Below are positions 38,803 to 48,819 of a stretch of 51,141 bases of DNA, one piece after another; positions within the stretch are counted from its first letter, which is position 1, and each line of letters begins with the position of its first letter. Below the pieces are notes generated by a model. It searched no databases. It was not told the origin of the DNA and saw only the letters and a program-made list of their open reading frames with translations. Source of the stretch: Candidatus Eiseniibacteriota bacterium (GTDB lineage Bacteria > Orphanbacterota > Orphanbacteria > Orphanbacterales > Orphanbacteraceae); the NCBI GenBank assembly GCA_043809585.1, contig JBDROZ010000023.1:62001-113141 (forward strand), written 5' to 3'. The translations under genes were made by a program, and so were the position numbers.

Positions 38803-39369
38803 TCAGGTCCGGAAGAGCCGCTCCTCGATCACCAGGCAGAGGAGGTGGCCGAGGGCGATGTGCATCTCCTGGATCAACTGGGTGTCCGACGAGGGCACGG
38901 CCAGGGGATAGTCGACGAGACCGGGCTCTCTCATTCCCTTTTCGCCCGTGAAGGCCACGTGAATCGTCCCGATCTCCCGGCCCCGCCGGAACGCCTCGAT
39001 CACGTTCCGCGATCCGCCGCTCGTGGAGATCCCGACGAGCACGTCCCCCGGACGGGCGTACGCCTCCACCTGCCGGGCGAAGATCATGTCGAAACCGTGA
39101 TCGTTCGCGACGGCAGTGATCAGCGACGTGTTGGTCGTCAGGGCGAGCGCCGGTATGGCATCGCGCTTCATCGTCAGCCGGTCGATCAGCTCCGTGGCTA
39201 TGTGCTGGGCGTCGGCGGCGCTCCCGCCGTTCCCGAAAAAGTAGATCTTCCCCCCCTCCCGGAGGGAAAGGGCGACGCGATCGCTCATGGCCTCGAAGGG
39301 CCCGGCGAGTTCCTTCCTCACCCGCTCCAGCACCCCGAGCCGCATCTTCATGAGATCGTCAAACATCAT
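38803..39369 (-). CDS. gmhA: D-sedoheptulose-7-phosphate isomerase
   Basis: GNGGSAADAQH, ANDHGF..IFARQVEA, ISTSG and IQEMH motifs. Confidence 0.93.
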   Translation of the reverse strand: MMFDDLMKMRLGVLERVRKELAGPFEAMSDRVALSLREGGKIYFFGNGGSAADAQHIATELIDRLTMKRDAIPALALTTNTSLITAVANDHGFDMIFARQVEAYARPGDVLVGISTSGGSRNVIEAFRRGREIGTIHVAFTGEKGMREPGLVDYPLAVPSSDTQLIQEMHIALGHLLCLVIEERLFRT

Positions 39370-40225
39370 CGTCGCTCCTCTCGCCGATGCGGACGAGGTA
39401 TTCCTCCAGGGCGGCCCGCCACGGCCTCATGGAAGGCACGCCCGCCTCCGCCAGCCGCTTCCCTCCGAGGGTCGACCGGGCAGGGCGCTGGGCGGGACGA
39501 TCGACGTCGTCGCTCTTGATCGCCTCGATCGCCACCCCTCTCCTTCCCGAGAGATCGAGGATCGCCCGGGCGAAATCGTAGCGGCTCGCCTCGCCGGCGT
39601 TCACCCCGTGGAAGATCCCCTCCCCCTTCCGGCGGGCGAGCCGGACGAGGGCCGCCCCGAGATCGACGGCGTAGGTCGGCGAACCGATCTGATCGTCCAC
39701 CACCCGGAGGGGCCGGCCGTGATCGGCGGCGGCGAGGATGGCGGTGACGAAGTTCCCCGTCCCCCCCTCGCCGAAGAGCCAGGCCGTGCGGACCACCGCG
39801 GCCTCCGGGTACGCCTCGAGGACGGCCCTCTCGCCGGCCCGCTTCGACCGGCCGTAGGCGGAGACGGGCGTCGGCTCGTCGGCCTCCACGTAGGGCTCCC
39901 CCTTCCGGCCGTCGAATACGAAATCGGTGCTCACTGCCACGAGCCGCGCGCGCCGCGCCGCGGAGGCCGCCGCGACGATCGCCGCCCCCTTCTCGTTCAC
40001 GAGAAAGGCCCGATCCGGATCGCGCTCGCAGCCGTCCACGTCGGTCCACGCCGCAGCGTGGTAGACCACGTTCGGACGGTGGCCGGCGAAGTACGCGCCC
40101 ACCGCGTCCGCGTCGGTGACGTCGAGTCGGTCCACGTCCGGCGCGTCCACCGACGCCTCCCCGATGAGAAGGTCGTGGAGCGCGCGTCCGAGTTGGCCGT
40201 CTCCGCCGGTGATCAAGACCCGCAT
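39359..40225 (-). CDS. rfbD: dTDP-4-dehydrorhamnose reductase
   Basis: ITGGDGQLG, AAWTDVD, STDFVFDG, YGRSK and DQIGSPT motifs. Confidence 0.95.
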   Translation of the reverse strand: MRVLITGGDGQLGRALHDLLIGEASVDAPDVDRLDVTDADAVGAYFAGHRPNVVYHAAAWTDVDGCERDPDRAFLVNEKGAAIVAAASAARRARLVAVSTDFVFDGRKGEPYVEADEPTPVSAYGRSKRAGERAVLEAYPEAAVVRTAWLFGEGGTGNFVTAILAAADHGRPLRVVDDQIGSPTYAVDLGAALVRLARRKGEGIFHGVNAGEASRYDFARAILDLSGRRGVAIEAIKSDDVDRPAQRPARSTLGGKRLAEAGVPSMRPWRAALEEYLVRIGERSDDDV

Positions 40226-40242
40226 CGAATCCTCGTCGCTCC

Positions 40243-41001
40243 TCAGCCCGCCGGCCGGGAGGGGACCGGGCTCCCGTGGATCGCCCGGGCGAAAGCGCGC
40301 AATGATTCCGCCGATGAGTCCCTCTCGAGCGCGTGGCCGATCACGACCCAATCGGCTCCGGCGTTCCGGGCGGCCGCCGCCTGTTCCGGCGAGCGGATCC
40401 CGCCGCCGACGATCAGCCGGGACGAGACGTAGCCGCGCACGGCGCGAATGACCGCGGGGGGGACCGGGTCGGACGCGCCGCTCCCCGCTTCGAGGTAGAC
40501 CGTCGTCATCCCCATGTACTCGGCGGCGAGGGCGTGGGCCATGGCGAGCTCCGGACGGTCGCCCGGGATCGCCTCCGTCCGGGAGACGAAGTGCACCGTC
40601 CGCCGGGCGCCGTCTCCGATGAGCAGGTACGCCGTCGGAATCGACTCGAGGCCCGCCTCCCTGACCCGGGGGGCCGCGCGCACCTGCTCTTCCGCGAGAA
40701 ACTGGGGGTTCCGGCCGGAGAGGAGCGTGAGAAAGAGAATGGCGTCGGCCCGGCCGCTCACCTGATGGGCGCTCCCCGGGAATAGAATCACCGGCAGGTT
40801 CGTCCCTTCCCTGATCGCGGCGAGGACGACGTCCAGCCGGTCCCGGAGGGTGAAACTGGATCCGACGAGGATCCCGTCGGCGCCGCACTCCTCGAAGAGC
40901 GCCGCCCGCCTCACGCACTCCGCCGGTTCGATCCGGTCCTGATCGACCAGAGGAAGAAAGAGGGCGCCCTTCTCGCGGCCCCCCGCGTCCAGTCTGTCCA
41001 A
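40243..41001 (-). CDS. geranylgeranylglyceryl/heptaprenylglyceryl phosphate synthase (group II-like)
   Basis: PVILFPG, LLSGRNP, IPTAYLLI, YLEAGSGA and VGGGIR motifs. The start may be ATC at 41013. Confidence 0.9.
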   Translation of the reverse strand: MDRLDAGGREKGALFLPLVDQDRIEPAECVRRAALFEECGADGILVGSSFTLRDRLDVVLAAIREGTNLPVILFPGSAHQVSGRADAILFLTLLSGRNPQFLAEEQVRAAPRVREAGLESIPTAYLLIGDGARRTVHFVSRTEAIPGDRPELAMAHALAAEYMGMTTVYLEAGSGASDPVPPAVIRAVRGYVSSRLIVGGGIRSPEQAAAARNAGADWVVIGHALERDSSAESLRAFARAIHGSPVPSRPAG

Positions 41002-41017
41002 GACTCCGGCGATGGCC

Positions 41018-43642
41018 CTACCCCCTCTCGACGATCTCCCGCACCAGATCGGGCACCGACCGGAGCGCCTCGTCCAGCTTCTCCGGTTCCCGGCCGCCGG
41101 CCTCGGCGAAGTTCGGCTTGCCGCCCCCCCGTCCGCCGACGAGGGCGGCCACCTTGCCGACCAGGTCGCCCGCGGAGAGACCGGTCCCGATCAGGTCCCG
41201 GCTGACCATTCCGACCAGGAACGCCCTCTCTCCGGTCCGGGCGCCGAGTACCGCCACGAGGGATTCCTCTTCCTTTTGGTAGCGGTCGACGATGCCCTTC
41301 AAGGTCGGCCCGTCCGCCCCGTCCAGGTTCGCCGCCACGACGCGGACGCCGCCGACAAGGGCCGCGTCCCTGAGAAGGTCCCGGGCCCGGTCGCCGGCGC
41401 CGGAGGTCCGGGCCTTCTCCAGCTCTTTCTCCAACAGGGAGATCCGCTCCCTGAGCGATTCGACCCGCTCGACCAGCTCTTCCGGAGCGGCGCGGACCGT
41501 ATCGGCCAGCCGGGCGATCATCCCCCGGTCCTCCTGGATCCGGCGGAAGGCCGCGGCGCCGGTGATCGCCTCGATCCGGCGGATGCCGGACCCGACGGCG
41601 CTCTCCGAAACGACCAGAAAGGGGCCGATCTCGCCGGTCCGGCGGACGTGGGTACCGCCGCAAAGCTCCCGGCTGAAATCGCCGACCGACACCATTCGCA
41701 CCCGGTCGCCGTATTTCTCGCCGAAAAGGGCCGTGGCCCCCCTCTCCGCCGCCGCCTCGAAGGAGACGACGTCCGTCTCGACCGGGCGGTCCTCCTGCAA
41801 GACTCGGTTGACGAGGGCCTCGACCCGCCCGATTTCCTCCTCGCCGGTTTTTTGGAAATGGACGAAGTCGAAGCGGAGCCGGTCGGGGGCCACCAGGGAG
41901 CCGGCCTGCTTCACGTGATCGCCGAGGACCTCCCGGAGCGCCCTGTGAAGCAGATGGGTCGCCGTGTGATTCCGGGCGATCGCGAGGCGACGTTCCTTCT
42001 CGACCACCGCCCGCACCGGGTCGCCGGCCCGGAGCGGGGCCGACGCCTTCCCGTGAAGGAGGGGCTTGTCGTCGGCGGTGCGGGTCGTGCCGTTCACGAG
42101 GAAGACCGGGGCGCCCCCCGGCGTTTCGAGATGGCCGGCGTCACCGGTCTGCCCCCCCGATTCGCCGTAGAACGGGGATCGCCCGAGGACGACCGCTCCT
42201 TCCTCGCCGGCGCCGAGCGTTTCCACGGGCGCGTCGCCGCGAAGGAGAGCGGTGATCTCCGTCTCCGTCGTGATTTCGTCGTAACCGACGAACTCGCTCT
42301 CCGTCCCGGCCAGTTCGAGGTCCCTCGTCCCCCCCTCCCCGAGGGTCCACGCCGACCGACCTCGCTGCTCTTCCATGGCGGCGTCGAAGGCGGCCCGGTC
42401 GAGGGTGAGCCCCTCGGACTGGGCCATCTCCTCGGTCAGTTCAAGGGGGAATCCGTAGGTGTCGTAGAGACGGAACGCTTCCCGGCCGGAGAGGAGGGTC
42501 TCCCCCCTCCTCTTCAGGCCCTCCGTCACCTTCATGAAGATGTCGAGGCCCTGGTCGAGGGTCCGGCGGAACCGTTCCTCCTCGGCCCGGATCGTCCGGG
42601 CGATGCGATCCCGGTTCTTCACCAGACTCGGGTATGCCGGCCCCATGGTGTCGACCACGGTCTCGCCGATGCGGTCGAGAAAGACATCGTCGATGCCGAG
42701 ACGGTTCGCCCGGAGCAGGGCGCGGCGGAGGATGCGGCGGAGCACGTAGCCCCGCCCCTCGTTGCCGGGGAGGATCCCCTCGTCGATGGCGAAGACGAGG
42801 GCCCGCGTGTGGTCCGCGATCACCCGCGCCGCCGACCGCCCTTCGCCCGTCTCCGATTCGGCGCCCCCCGTGAATCCGGCCACCGCGGCGAGAATCGGCT
42901 TGAAGAGGTCGGTGTCGAAGTTCGACGGCACGCCCTGCATGATCTGGGCGAGGCGCTCGAGCCCCAGGCCCGTGTCGACCCCCCGGTTCGCGAGGGGGCG
43001 GCGCGTTCCGTCCTTGTCCTGGTCGAACTGGGGGAAGACGAGGTTCCAGTATTCGATGTAACGGTCGCAGTCGCATCCCGCCCGGCAATCGGGCCGCCCG
43101 CAGCTCCGCTCCTCGCCGAGATCGAGATAGAGCTCCGAGCAGGGGCCGCACGGCCCGCTCTCCCCGGCGGGGCCCCAGAAGTTGTCCTTCTCGCCGAGAC
43201 GGACGATGCGCGCCGCCGGGAGGCCGACTTTCTTCTCCCAGATGGCGGCCGCCTCGTCGTCGTCGGTGAAGACGGAGGCCCAGATCTTGTCGGCGGGAAG
43301 GCCGAGCAGGTCGACCGAGAACTCCCACGCCCACCGGATCGCCTCCTCCTTGAAGTAATCGCCGAAGGAGAAGTTGCCGAGCATCTCGAAAAACGTGTGG
43401 TGGCGCGTCGTGACACCGACGTTCTCGAGATCCGACCCCCGGAGGCAGGGCTGGCAGGTAACCGCCCTCGTGTAGGGGATCGGGCCGGTGGCGACATAGT
43501 ACGGCTTGAACTGCACCATCCCGGCGGTGGTGAAGAGCAAGGTCGGATCGTCGTGGGGTGCGAGCGGCGACGGCGGCCGGACCGGGTGATCCCGGTCACG
43601 GAAGAAGTCGAGAAAGGCCCGCCGCAGCTCGTCACTCGTCAT
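41018..43642 (-). CDS. alaS: alanine--tRNA ligase
   Basis: [42 protein letters not shown] and GGRGGG motifs. Confidence 0.98.
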   Translation of the reverse strand: MTSDELRRAFLDFFRDRDHPVRPPSPLAPHDDPTLLFTTAGMVQFKPYYVATGPIPYTRAVTCQPCLRGSDLENVGVTTRHHTFFEMLGNFSFGDYFKEEAIRWAWEFSVDLLGLPADKIWASVFTDDDEAAAIWEKKVGLPAARIVRLGEKDNFWGPAGESGPCGPCSELYLDLGEERSCGRPDCRAGCDCDRYIEYWNLVFPQFDQDKDGTRRPLANRGVDTGLGLERLAQIMQGVPSNFDTDLFKPILAAVAGFTGGAESETGEGRSAARVIADHTRALVFAIDEGILPGNEGRGYVLRRILRRALLRANRLGIDDVFLDRIGETVVDTMGPAYPSLVKNRDRIARTIRAEEERFRRTLDQGLDIFMKVTEGLKRRGETLLSGREAFRLYDTYGFPLELTEEMAQSEGLTLDRAAFDAAMEEQRGRSAWTLGEGGTRDLELAGTESEFVGYDEITTETEITALLRGDAPVETLGAGEEGAVVLGRSPFYGESGGQTGDAGHLETPGGAPVFLVNGTTRTADDKPLLHGKASAPLRAGDPVRAVVEKERRLAIARNHTATHLLHRALREVLGDHVKQAGSLVAPDRLRFDFVHFQKTGEEEIGRVEALVNRVLQEDRPVETDVVSFEAAAERGATALFGEKYGDRVRMVSVGDFSRELCGGTHVRRTGEIGPFLVVSESAVGSGIRRIEAITGAAAFRRIQEDRGMIARLADTVRAAPEELVERVESLRERISLLEKELEKARTSGAGDRARDLLRDAALVGGVRVVAANLDGADGPTLKGIVDRYQKEEESLVAVLGARTGERAFLVGMVSRDLIGTGLSAGDLVGKVAALVGGRGGGKPNFAEAGGREPEKLDEALRSVPDLVREIVERG

Positions 43643-44720
43643 GCGGCTTTTCTTCCCCATCCCCTTCCTTCTTGGGCGTCCGGGCAAGGCCCGCCTTCTC
43701 GCGTATCGTGTTCTCGATGTTCTCGGCGACCTCGGGGTAGTCCTTCAGGAAACGCTTCGCGTTCTCCCGCCCCTGCCCGATGCGCTCGTCGCCGTAGGAG
43801 AGCCAGGTGCCCGACTTCTGGATCACGTCGTGCTCCACGCCGAGATCGATCAGGTCCCCCACCCGGGAGATCCCCTCGCCGTACATGATGTCGAACTCGG
43901 CGATCCGGAAGGGCGGGGCGATCTTGTTCTTCACTACCTTGACCTTGGTCCGGTTGCCCACGACCTCGTCGCCGTTCTTGATGGAAGCGATCCGCCGGAT
44001 GTCGAGCCGGACCGACGAGTAGAACTTCAGCGCGTTCCCGCCGGAGGTGGTCTCCGGATTTCCGAACATGACGCCGATCTTCATCCGGATCTGGTTCGAA
44101 AAGATGATGCACGTGTGCGACTTGCTCGTGATTCCGGCGAGCTTCCGGAGCGCCTGGGACATGAGCCGGGCCTGGAGGCCGACGTGGGAATCGCCCATCT
44201 CCCCTTCGATCTCCGCCCGAGGCACGAGGGCGGCGACCGAGTCGATGGCGATCACATCGATGGAGCCGGAGCGCACGAGCATCTCCGTGATCTCCAGGGC
44301 CTGCTCGCCCGTGTCCGGCTGGGAGACCAGGAGGGAGTCGACGTCCACGCCGAGCTTGCGCGCGTAGACCGGATCGAGGGCGTGCTCGGCGTCGATGAAC
44401 GCCGCCATACCCCCCGCCTTCTGGGCGTTGGCGATGATGTGCAGGATGAGCGTGGTCTTCCCCGACGACTCGGGCCCGTAGATCTCGACGATCCGTCCCC
44501 GCGGAACCCCGCCGGCGCCGAGGGCGATGTCCAGGGAGAGGGAGCCGGACGGAATCGTGCGGATCTGCTGCTGGATCCCATCCTCTCCGAGGCGCATGAT
44601 CGCCCCCTTGCCGAACTGCTTCTCGATCTGGGCGAGGGTCGAGTCGAGAGCCCGCGAGGTTCCCCCGTCTTCCGGCCGGGCCTTGGGTTCCTTCTTTCTC
44701 TTATCTGCTCTACTGGTCAT
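43632..44720 (-). CDS. recA: recombinase A
   Basis: [28 protein letters not shown] and [13 protein letters not shown] motifs. Confidence 0.99.
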   Translation of the reverse strand: MTSRADKRKKEPKARPEDGGTSRALDSTLAQIEKQFGKGAIMRLGEDGIQQQIRTIPSGSLSLDIALGAGGVPRGRIVEIYGPESSGKTTLILHIIANAQKAGGMAAFIDAEHALDPVYARKLGVDVDSLLVSQPDTGEQALEITEMLVRSGSIDVIAIDSVAALVPRAEIEGEMGDSHVGLQARLMSQALRKLAGITSKSHTCIIFSNQIRMKIGVMFGNPETTSGGNALKFYSSVRLDIRRIASIKNGDEVVGNRTKVKVVKNKIAPPFRIAEFDIMYGEGISRVGDLIDLGVEHDVIQKSGTWLSYGDERIGQGRENAKRFLKDYPEVAENIENTIREKAGLARTPKKEGDGEEKPHDE

Positions 44721-44923
44721 AGGTTACTGGTCCTTTCCCATCTTACCCCCCCCGGAACGCGAGCCCCTTTCCGGCGCGGGAAAGTATAGCAGCCGATCGC
44801 GCGATCTGTCCCCTCAAAAGTACGGATCGAGCGGGTCTTCCGGCCCTACCGGCCCCCCCCGAGGGCCCCGGAAAGGCCGGATGGGGAAAAACGGAAAAAA
44901 TCCTGCAAGTCCTTATCTATCGC

Positions 44924-44953
44924 TAGACATGCAATTGCCGATCATGGTAATAT
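44924..44953 (+). promoter_or_regulatory. putative promoter giving a ~210-nt leader before the Cys-rich protein
   Basis: TAGACA-N18-TAATAT with an extended TG and an A-tract upstream. Confidence 0.5.
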
Positions 44954-45168
44954 GTAGACGCTCCCATAGAAAACGGCGCTCTGCTCCACGGGCACCGTGC
45001 GCAAGATCAACGTCGTCGGTCTGCGCGTTGTCCGTCTGGGGCGACTTGGGGTTCGATCGCGAGGAACCCCATGGACCCTTCCAAGGGACCCGGTCCCGGT
45101 GCGCACCGGGTATCGAGAATCCGAGAAGGGCCGCCATCCTGAGGCGAGTTCGAAAGGAGGATTCCGGG

Positions 45169-45840
45169 ATGAAGAAGACTTTGGCACTGCTCGCGGTCGT
45201 GGGCTGTTTGGCGATCGCCGGTAGCGCGTTCGCGACCCTGCCCTGTGCCGCCAACTCGTCGTGCGCCATCGAGGTGCAAAACGGCAATGGCTGCACCACC
45301 GCCGATCTGCGCTGGTGCCCCGCCGGTGACATGGATCACATCATTATCCGCGTCACCGTGCGGAACTGCCTCGATGATCCGCTCGAGGGTTGCGTCGTGC
45401 GTCTCGACTTGTCCGGCCAGTCCGACGCCATGGACGGCACCTCGGCCATGGGCGTCTGCGGCACCATGTCCTCGACGGCCACTTCGGACGCCAACGGTGC
45501 GGTCGCCTTCGACCTGACGGGCGGCGGCTGCGGCCGGTTCGTGCTCGATTGGACCGCGACGGCCGAGTGCGCCGATCCGGAAGTGGAGCTCTGCGCCAAC
45601 TCGACCGAGCTCTGCGCCAAGTCGCCCGACTTCAACGGCGACCTGACGATCAACTTCTTCGACACCTTCAAGTTCTTGCCCGCCCTCAACGCGGGTACCG
45701 GCTACTGCGCCGATTTCAACTGCGACAACGTGGTCAACTTCTTCGACACGTTCCAGTTCCTGCCCCACCTGAACCATGGTGGCGGTTGCGTCGGTTGGAC
45801 GCTGACGGATGCCGCTCTCGGCACCTGCCCGCTTCCGTAG
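45169..45840 (+). CDS. secreted Cys-rich protein with duplicated dockerin/EF-hand-like C-terminal motifs
   Basis: AAAGGAGG RBS; signal peptide MKKTLALLAVVGCLAIAGSAFA; DFNGDLTINFFD and DFNCDNVVNFFD repeats. Confidence 0.88.
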   Translation: MKKTLALLAVVGCLAIAGSAFATLPCAANSSCAIEVQNGNGCTTADLRWCPAGDMDHIIIRVTVRNCLDDPLEGCVVRLDLSGQSDAMDGTSAMGVCGTMSSTATSDANGAVAFDLTGGGCGRFVLDWTATAECADPEVELCANSTELCAKSPDFNGDLTINFFDTFKFLPALNAGTGYCADFNCDNVVNFFDTFQFLPHLNHGGGCVGWTLTDAALGTCPLP

Positions 45841-45860
45841 GGAACGACAAAGTAGAATGC

Positions 45861-45896
45861 AAAGCGGCCTCCCTTCGGGGAGGCCGTTTTATTTTG
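45861..45896 (+). terminator. intrinsic terminator
   Basis: AAAGCGGCCTCCC-TTCG-GGGAGGCCGTTTTATTTT. Confidence 0.85.
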
Positions 45897-45977
45897 GTTC
45901 GGGGACGCAGTTCCGTTCGTTCCGCAATTCGCGTGAGCGGAAGCAACGGAGCTGCGTCCCCGGGCCGAGAAAGACCG

Positions 45978-46475
45978 TCACTTCGGAAGGAGGACGGATT
46001 GGTGCTCGGGGATCATCTCCCGCACCTTCGAGAGGCGCTTCTCCGCCTCCACTCCGCGGGGGTCCTCGCTCCGGAGGATGTAGTCGGCGAGAACGTACTC
46101 GGCAAGATGAACGAACTCCATCGTGAGCACCGTGTCAATGACGCCCTCGGCGAGGAGCTCGTGGTGCTCGCCGGCAATCGGTTTCAGGCCGTACTCGAGG
46201 GCCCGGGAGACGTTGAAGACGTTCTCTTCCCGTTCGAGACGGATCCGCTCGAGAAGGAGTTCGTACTTGGCGAGGAGCCGCTCGGCGGGGGTGCCGGTGC
46301 GGATCATCTCCTCCTTGTCCGGATCGATGGAGAGGGGGGGCGCGTCCCTCTTCCCGGCGAGCGCCCGGGCGGCGGCGGTGTCGACCGCCGGGGACCGTTC
46401 CCCGTCCGACCGGTCCCCTCCCCCGCAGGAGAGGAGCAGCGAAGAGACCAGGACACCGATCACCGTACGTTTCAT
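45978..46475 (-). CDS. hypothetical lipoprotein
   Basis: Lipobox LLSC after a hydrophobic stretch; GAGGAG RBS; overlaps the thpR stop. Confidence 0.78.
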   Translation of the reverse strand: MKRTVIGVLVSSLLLSCGGGDRSDGERSPAVDTAAARALAGKRDAPPLSIDPDKEEMIRTGTPAERLLAKYELLLERIRLEREENVFNVSRALEYGLKPIAGEHHELLAEGVIDTVLTMEFVHLAEYVLADYILRSEDPRGVEAEKRLSKVREMIPEHQSVLLPK

Positions 46476-47047
46476 CTCCTCTCCTCCCCTTCCCGCTCCA
46501 GGCGGAACACCCGGAGTTTCTCGTAGATCGCCCCCTTCGGCGTCAAGACGCTCCTCATGAGATCGAAGGCGGGGGCCTCGCGCCTCACGGGGTCGAGGGC
46601 GAGACCGCCGAAGCGCTCCCGGAACCGCTCCGAGAGACGCCCCTTCGTCCTCCCCACGGTGATGTGCGCGTGAAACCGCTTTTCCTCCGGGAATCCGAGC
46701 CCCGCGAGGGTCTCTTCCACATTCCCCGCGAGGGAGGATGCATCCCTCTCCCCCTCGGAGACGCCGACCCAGAGCACCCGGGGGGCTCCGAGATTCGGGA
46801 ATGCCCCCGGCCCGCCGAGCGTCCAGGCGAAGGGGGCCGTGATCCTCGCCGCGGAAGCGAGGCGATCCTCGACGCGGGAGCGGAGATCGGGCCCCACGTC
46901 GCCGAAGAAGCGGAGCGTGACGTGCAGGTTCTCCGGCGCCACCCAGCGGACCGGTTCCGGCCCTCGCCGGAGCGGTTCGATCTTCGCCGCCACCTCGTCC
47001 CGCTGCCCGCCGGAGAGAGGGAGGGCGAGGAACATTCGGATCATCAT
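46472..47047 (-). CDS. thpR: RNA 2',3'-cyclic phosphodiesterase (2H family)
   Basis: RMFLAL and two HxT motifs (LHVTLRF, AHITVGR); lies after cinA. Confidence 0.93.
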   Translation of the reverse strand: MMIRMFLALPLSGGQRDEVAAKIEPLRRGPEPVRWVAPENLHVTLRFFGDVGPDLRSRVEDRLASAARITAPFAWTLGGPGAFPNLGAPRVLWVGVSEGERDASSLAGNVEETLAGLGFPEEKRFHAHITVGRTKGRLSERFRERFGGLALDPVRREAPAFDLMRSVLTPKGAIYEKLRVFRLEREGEERR

Positions 47048-47061
47048 CCCGCCGCCGGAGC

Positions 47062-48330
47062 TCACGCCGGATCCTCCCGCCCGCCGAGCAGGTGGAGCCG
47101 GACCAGATTGAGCACGCTGCGCGCCGCCCGCTCCTTCACCCGGTCCCGGTCCCCCGGGAGGTCCCACTGCCGGACCGTGGTCCCGCTCCGGGAATCGACG
47201 GCGCCGAACACGCGGCCCACGGGCTTCCCCTCCACCGTGTCCGGTCCCGCGACGCCGGTGACGCCGACCCCGAGGTCCGCGTCCGACAGGGTGCGGGCCT
47301 GCCGCGCCAGGGCGGCGGCGGTCTCCGCGGAAACCGTGCCCGAGCGGAGGATCAGTTCCTCGGGGATGCCGAGGGTGATCACCTTTCGCGACGGGTCGTA
47401 GGGGATGAAGCCCTCCCGGAAGTAGCCGCTGCTCCCGGCCACCGAGGTGAGGAGGTCGGAGACGCGCCCCCCCGTGCACGACTCGGCCACGGCGATCGTC
47501 TTCCGGTGGAGCATGAGGAGGTAGCCGACCACTTCCTCAAGCTCCTCCTGCCGGGTCGAGTAGACGAGATTGCCGAGCAGGTCCGCCGCCTCTTCCACCT
47601 GGCCGTCGAGAACGCGCCGGGGATCGCCATACTCTCCCTCTTTCAGGCGGAACCGGAGCGTGATACCCCGGCGCTCGGGGAGGAACGCGATCGACACGGG
47701 GCGGCGGGCGGCGCAGTAGTCCCGAAGCTTCTCGGCGAGGGCGTTCTCGCCGATCCCCCAGATCCGGAGGACCCGCTGTTCCACCGGCGCGTCCCCGTTC
47801 CGCTCCCGCAGCCAGGGGATGAGCCCCCGATCGGTCAGGTGGCGCATTTCCGCGGGCACGCCGGGGAAGGCGAAGACGACCGCCTTCCGGAGGCTCATCC
47901 GGATGCCCGGCGCGAGGCCGACCTCGTTCGGAATCTTCTTCGCCCCTTCGGGGAGGGACGCCTGGGCCACGTTGATCGACGGCATCATGATCTTCCGGTC
48001 CCGGTAGAAGACCTCGATCTCCTGGAGAAGTTCCGGATCGGGGACGAGACGGACGCCGGCGAGATCGGCGAGGGCCTGGCGCGTGCGGTCGTCGGGCGTC
48101 ACCCCGAGGCCTCCGGTCGCCACCACCAGGGGGGCCCGCCCCGTCGCCTCCTTGAGGGCGGCCCGGATCTCCTCCTCCTCGTCCCCCACGGTGACGTGCC
48201 GCGTGACCCGCACCCCGGAGGCGGAGACCCGGGCGGCCAAGTATTGGAAGTTGGTGTCCGGGATCTCCCCGAGAAGCAGTTCGTCCCCGATGGTCACCAT
48301 CCCCGCCGTCCGGATCGGGTCGCCGCTCAT
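47062..48330 (-). CDS. cinA: competence/damage-inducible protein CinA
   Basis: GDELLLG..DTN, TGGLGVTPDD, PGVPAEM, AESCTGG and TGVAGP motifs. Confidence 0.95.
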   Translation of the reverse strand: MSGDPIRTAGMVTIGDELLLGEIPDTNFQYLAARVSASGVRVTRHVTVGDEEEEIRAALKEATGRAPLVVATGGLGVTPDDRTRQALADLAGVRLVPDPELLQEIEVFYRDRKIMMPSINVAQASLPEGAKKIPNEVGLAPGIRMSLRKAVVFAFPGVPAEMRHLTDRGLIPWLRERNGDAPVEQRVLRIWGIGENALAEKLRDYCAARRPVSIAFLPERRGITLRFRLKEGEYGDPRRVLDGQVEEAADLLGNLVYSTRQEELEEVVGYLLMLHRKTIAVAESCTGGRVSDLLTSVAGSSGYFREGFIPYDPSRKVITLGIPEELILRSGTVSAETAAALARQARTLSDADLGVGVTGVAGPDTVEGKPVGRVFGAVDSRSGTTVRQWDLPGDRDRVKERAARSVLNLVRLHLLGGREDPA

Positions 48331-48809
48331 GAGAGCCTCCCGAGAAGGGCGAGGAGGAGACGGAGGGCGACGTGGGCGTAGCAGCCGGCCAGCACGTCGT
48401 CGAGCATGACGCCCCATCCCCCCCGGGCCCTTTCCACCGCCCGGACCGGGAAGGGCTTCACGATGTCGAAGAAACGAAAGAGAAGAAAAGCGCCCGCCAC
48501 GGCGGCCGCCGAGTTCGGCAGGAGGAAGAGGGCGACCATCATGCCGGCCACCTCGTCGATCACCACGATCCCGGGATCCCGGCCGAACCGGGCCTCCGCC
48601 CTCCCCGCCGCCCACACGCCGGCGAAGAAGACGAGCGCGATCGCCAGAGCCCATTCCGGGCGCTCCCACGCCGGGACTCCCGGCACCCTTCCCGGAAGCA
48701 GGAGAAGGAGGGCCGCCGCGGCGGAGCCCGCGGTCCCCGGCGCCACGGGGGCCCGCCCGGAGCCGAAGAACGAGTAGATCAGCCACGCGAGACGGTCGGT
48801 GAAGGACAC
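48327..48809 (-). CDS. pgpA: phosphatidylglycerophosphatase A
   Basis: APGTAGS, DPGIVVIDEVAG, FRFFDIVKP and GVMLDDVLAG motifs. Confidence 0.95.
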   Translation of the reverse strand: MSFTDRLAWLIYSFFGSGRAPVAPGTAGSAAAALLLLLPGRVPGVPAWERPEWALAIALVFFAGVWAAGRAEARFGRDPGIVVIDEVAGMMVALFLLPNSAAAVAGAFLLFRFFDIVKPFPVRAVERARGGWGVMLDDVLAGCYAHVALRLLLALLGRLS

Positions 48810-48819
48810 CCGGTTTCTC

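Noticed and set aside
36295-43888. Very long plus-strand ORFs (1074 aa, 958 aa) and similar antisense ORFs throughout the window
   Set aside because: They are antisense shadows of well-supported minus-strand genes, expected at this GC content, and contain no recognisable motifs.
44795-44806. Perfect palindrome GATCGCGCGATC upstream of recA as a LexA box
   Set aside because: It matches no SOS box I recognise, and I saw no second copy before the other repair genes.
29381-44933. dif/Xer-like imperfect palindromes at 29381-29408 and 44906-44933
   Set aside because: Too degenerate, with inconsistent spacing, and explainable as AT-rich promoter DNA.
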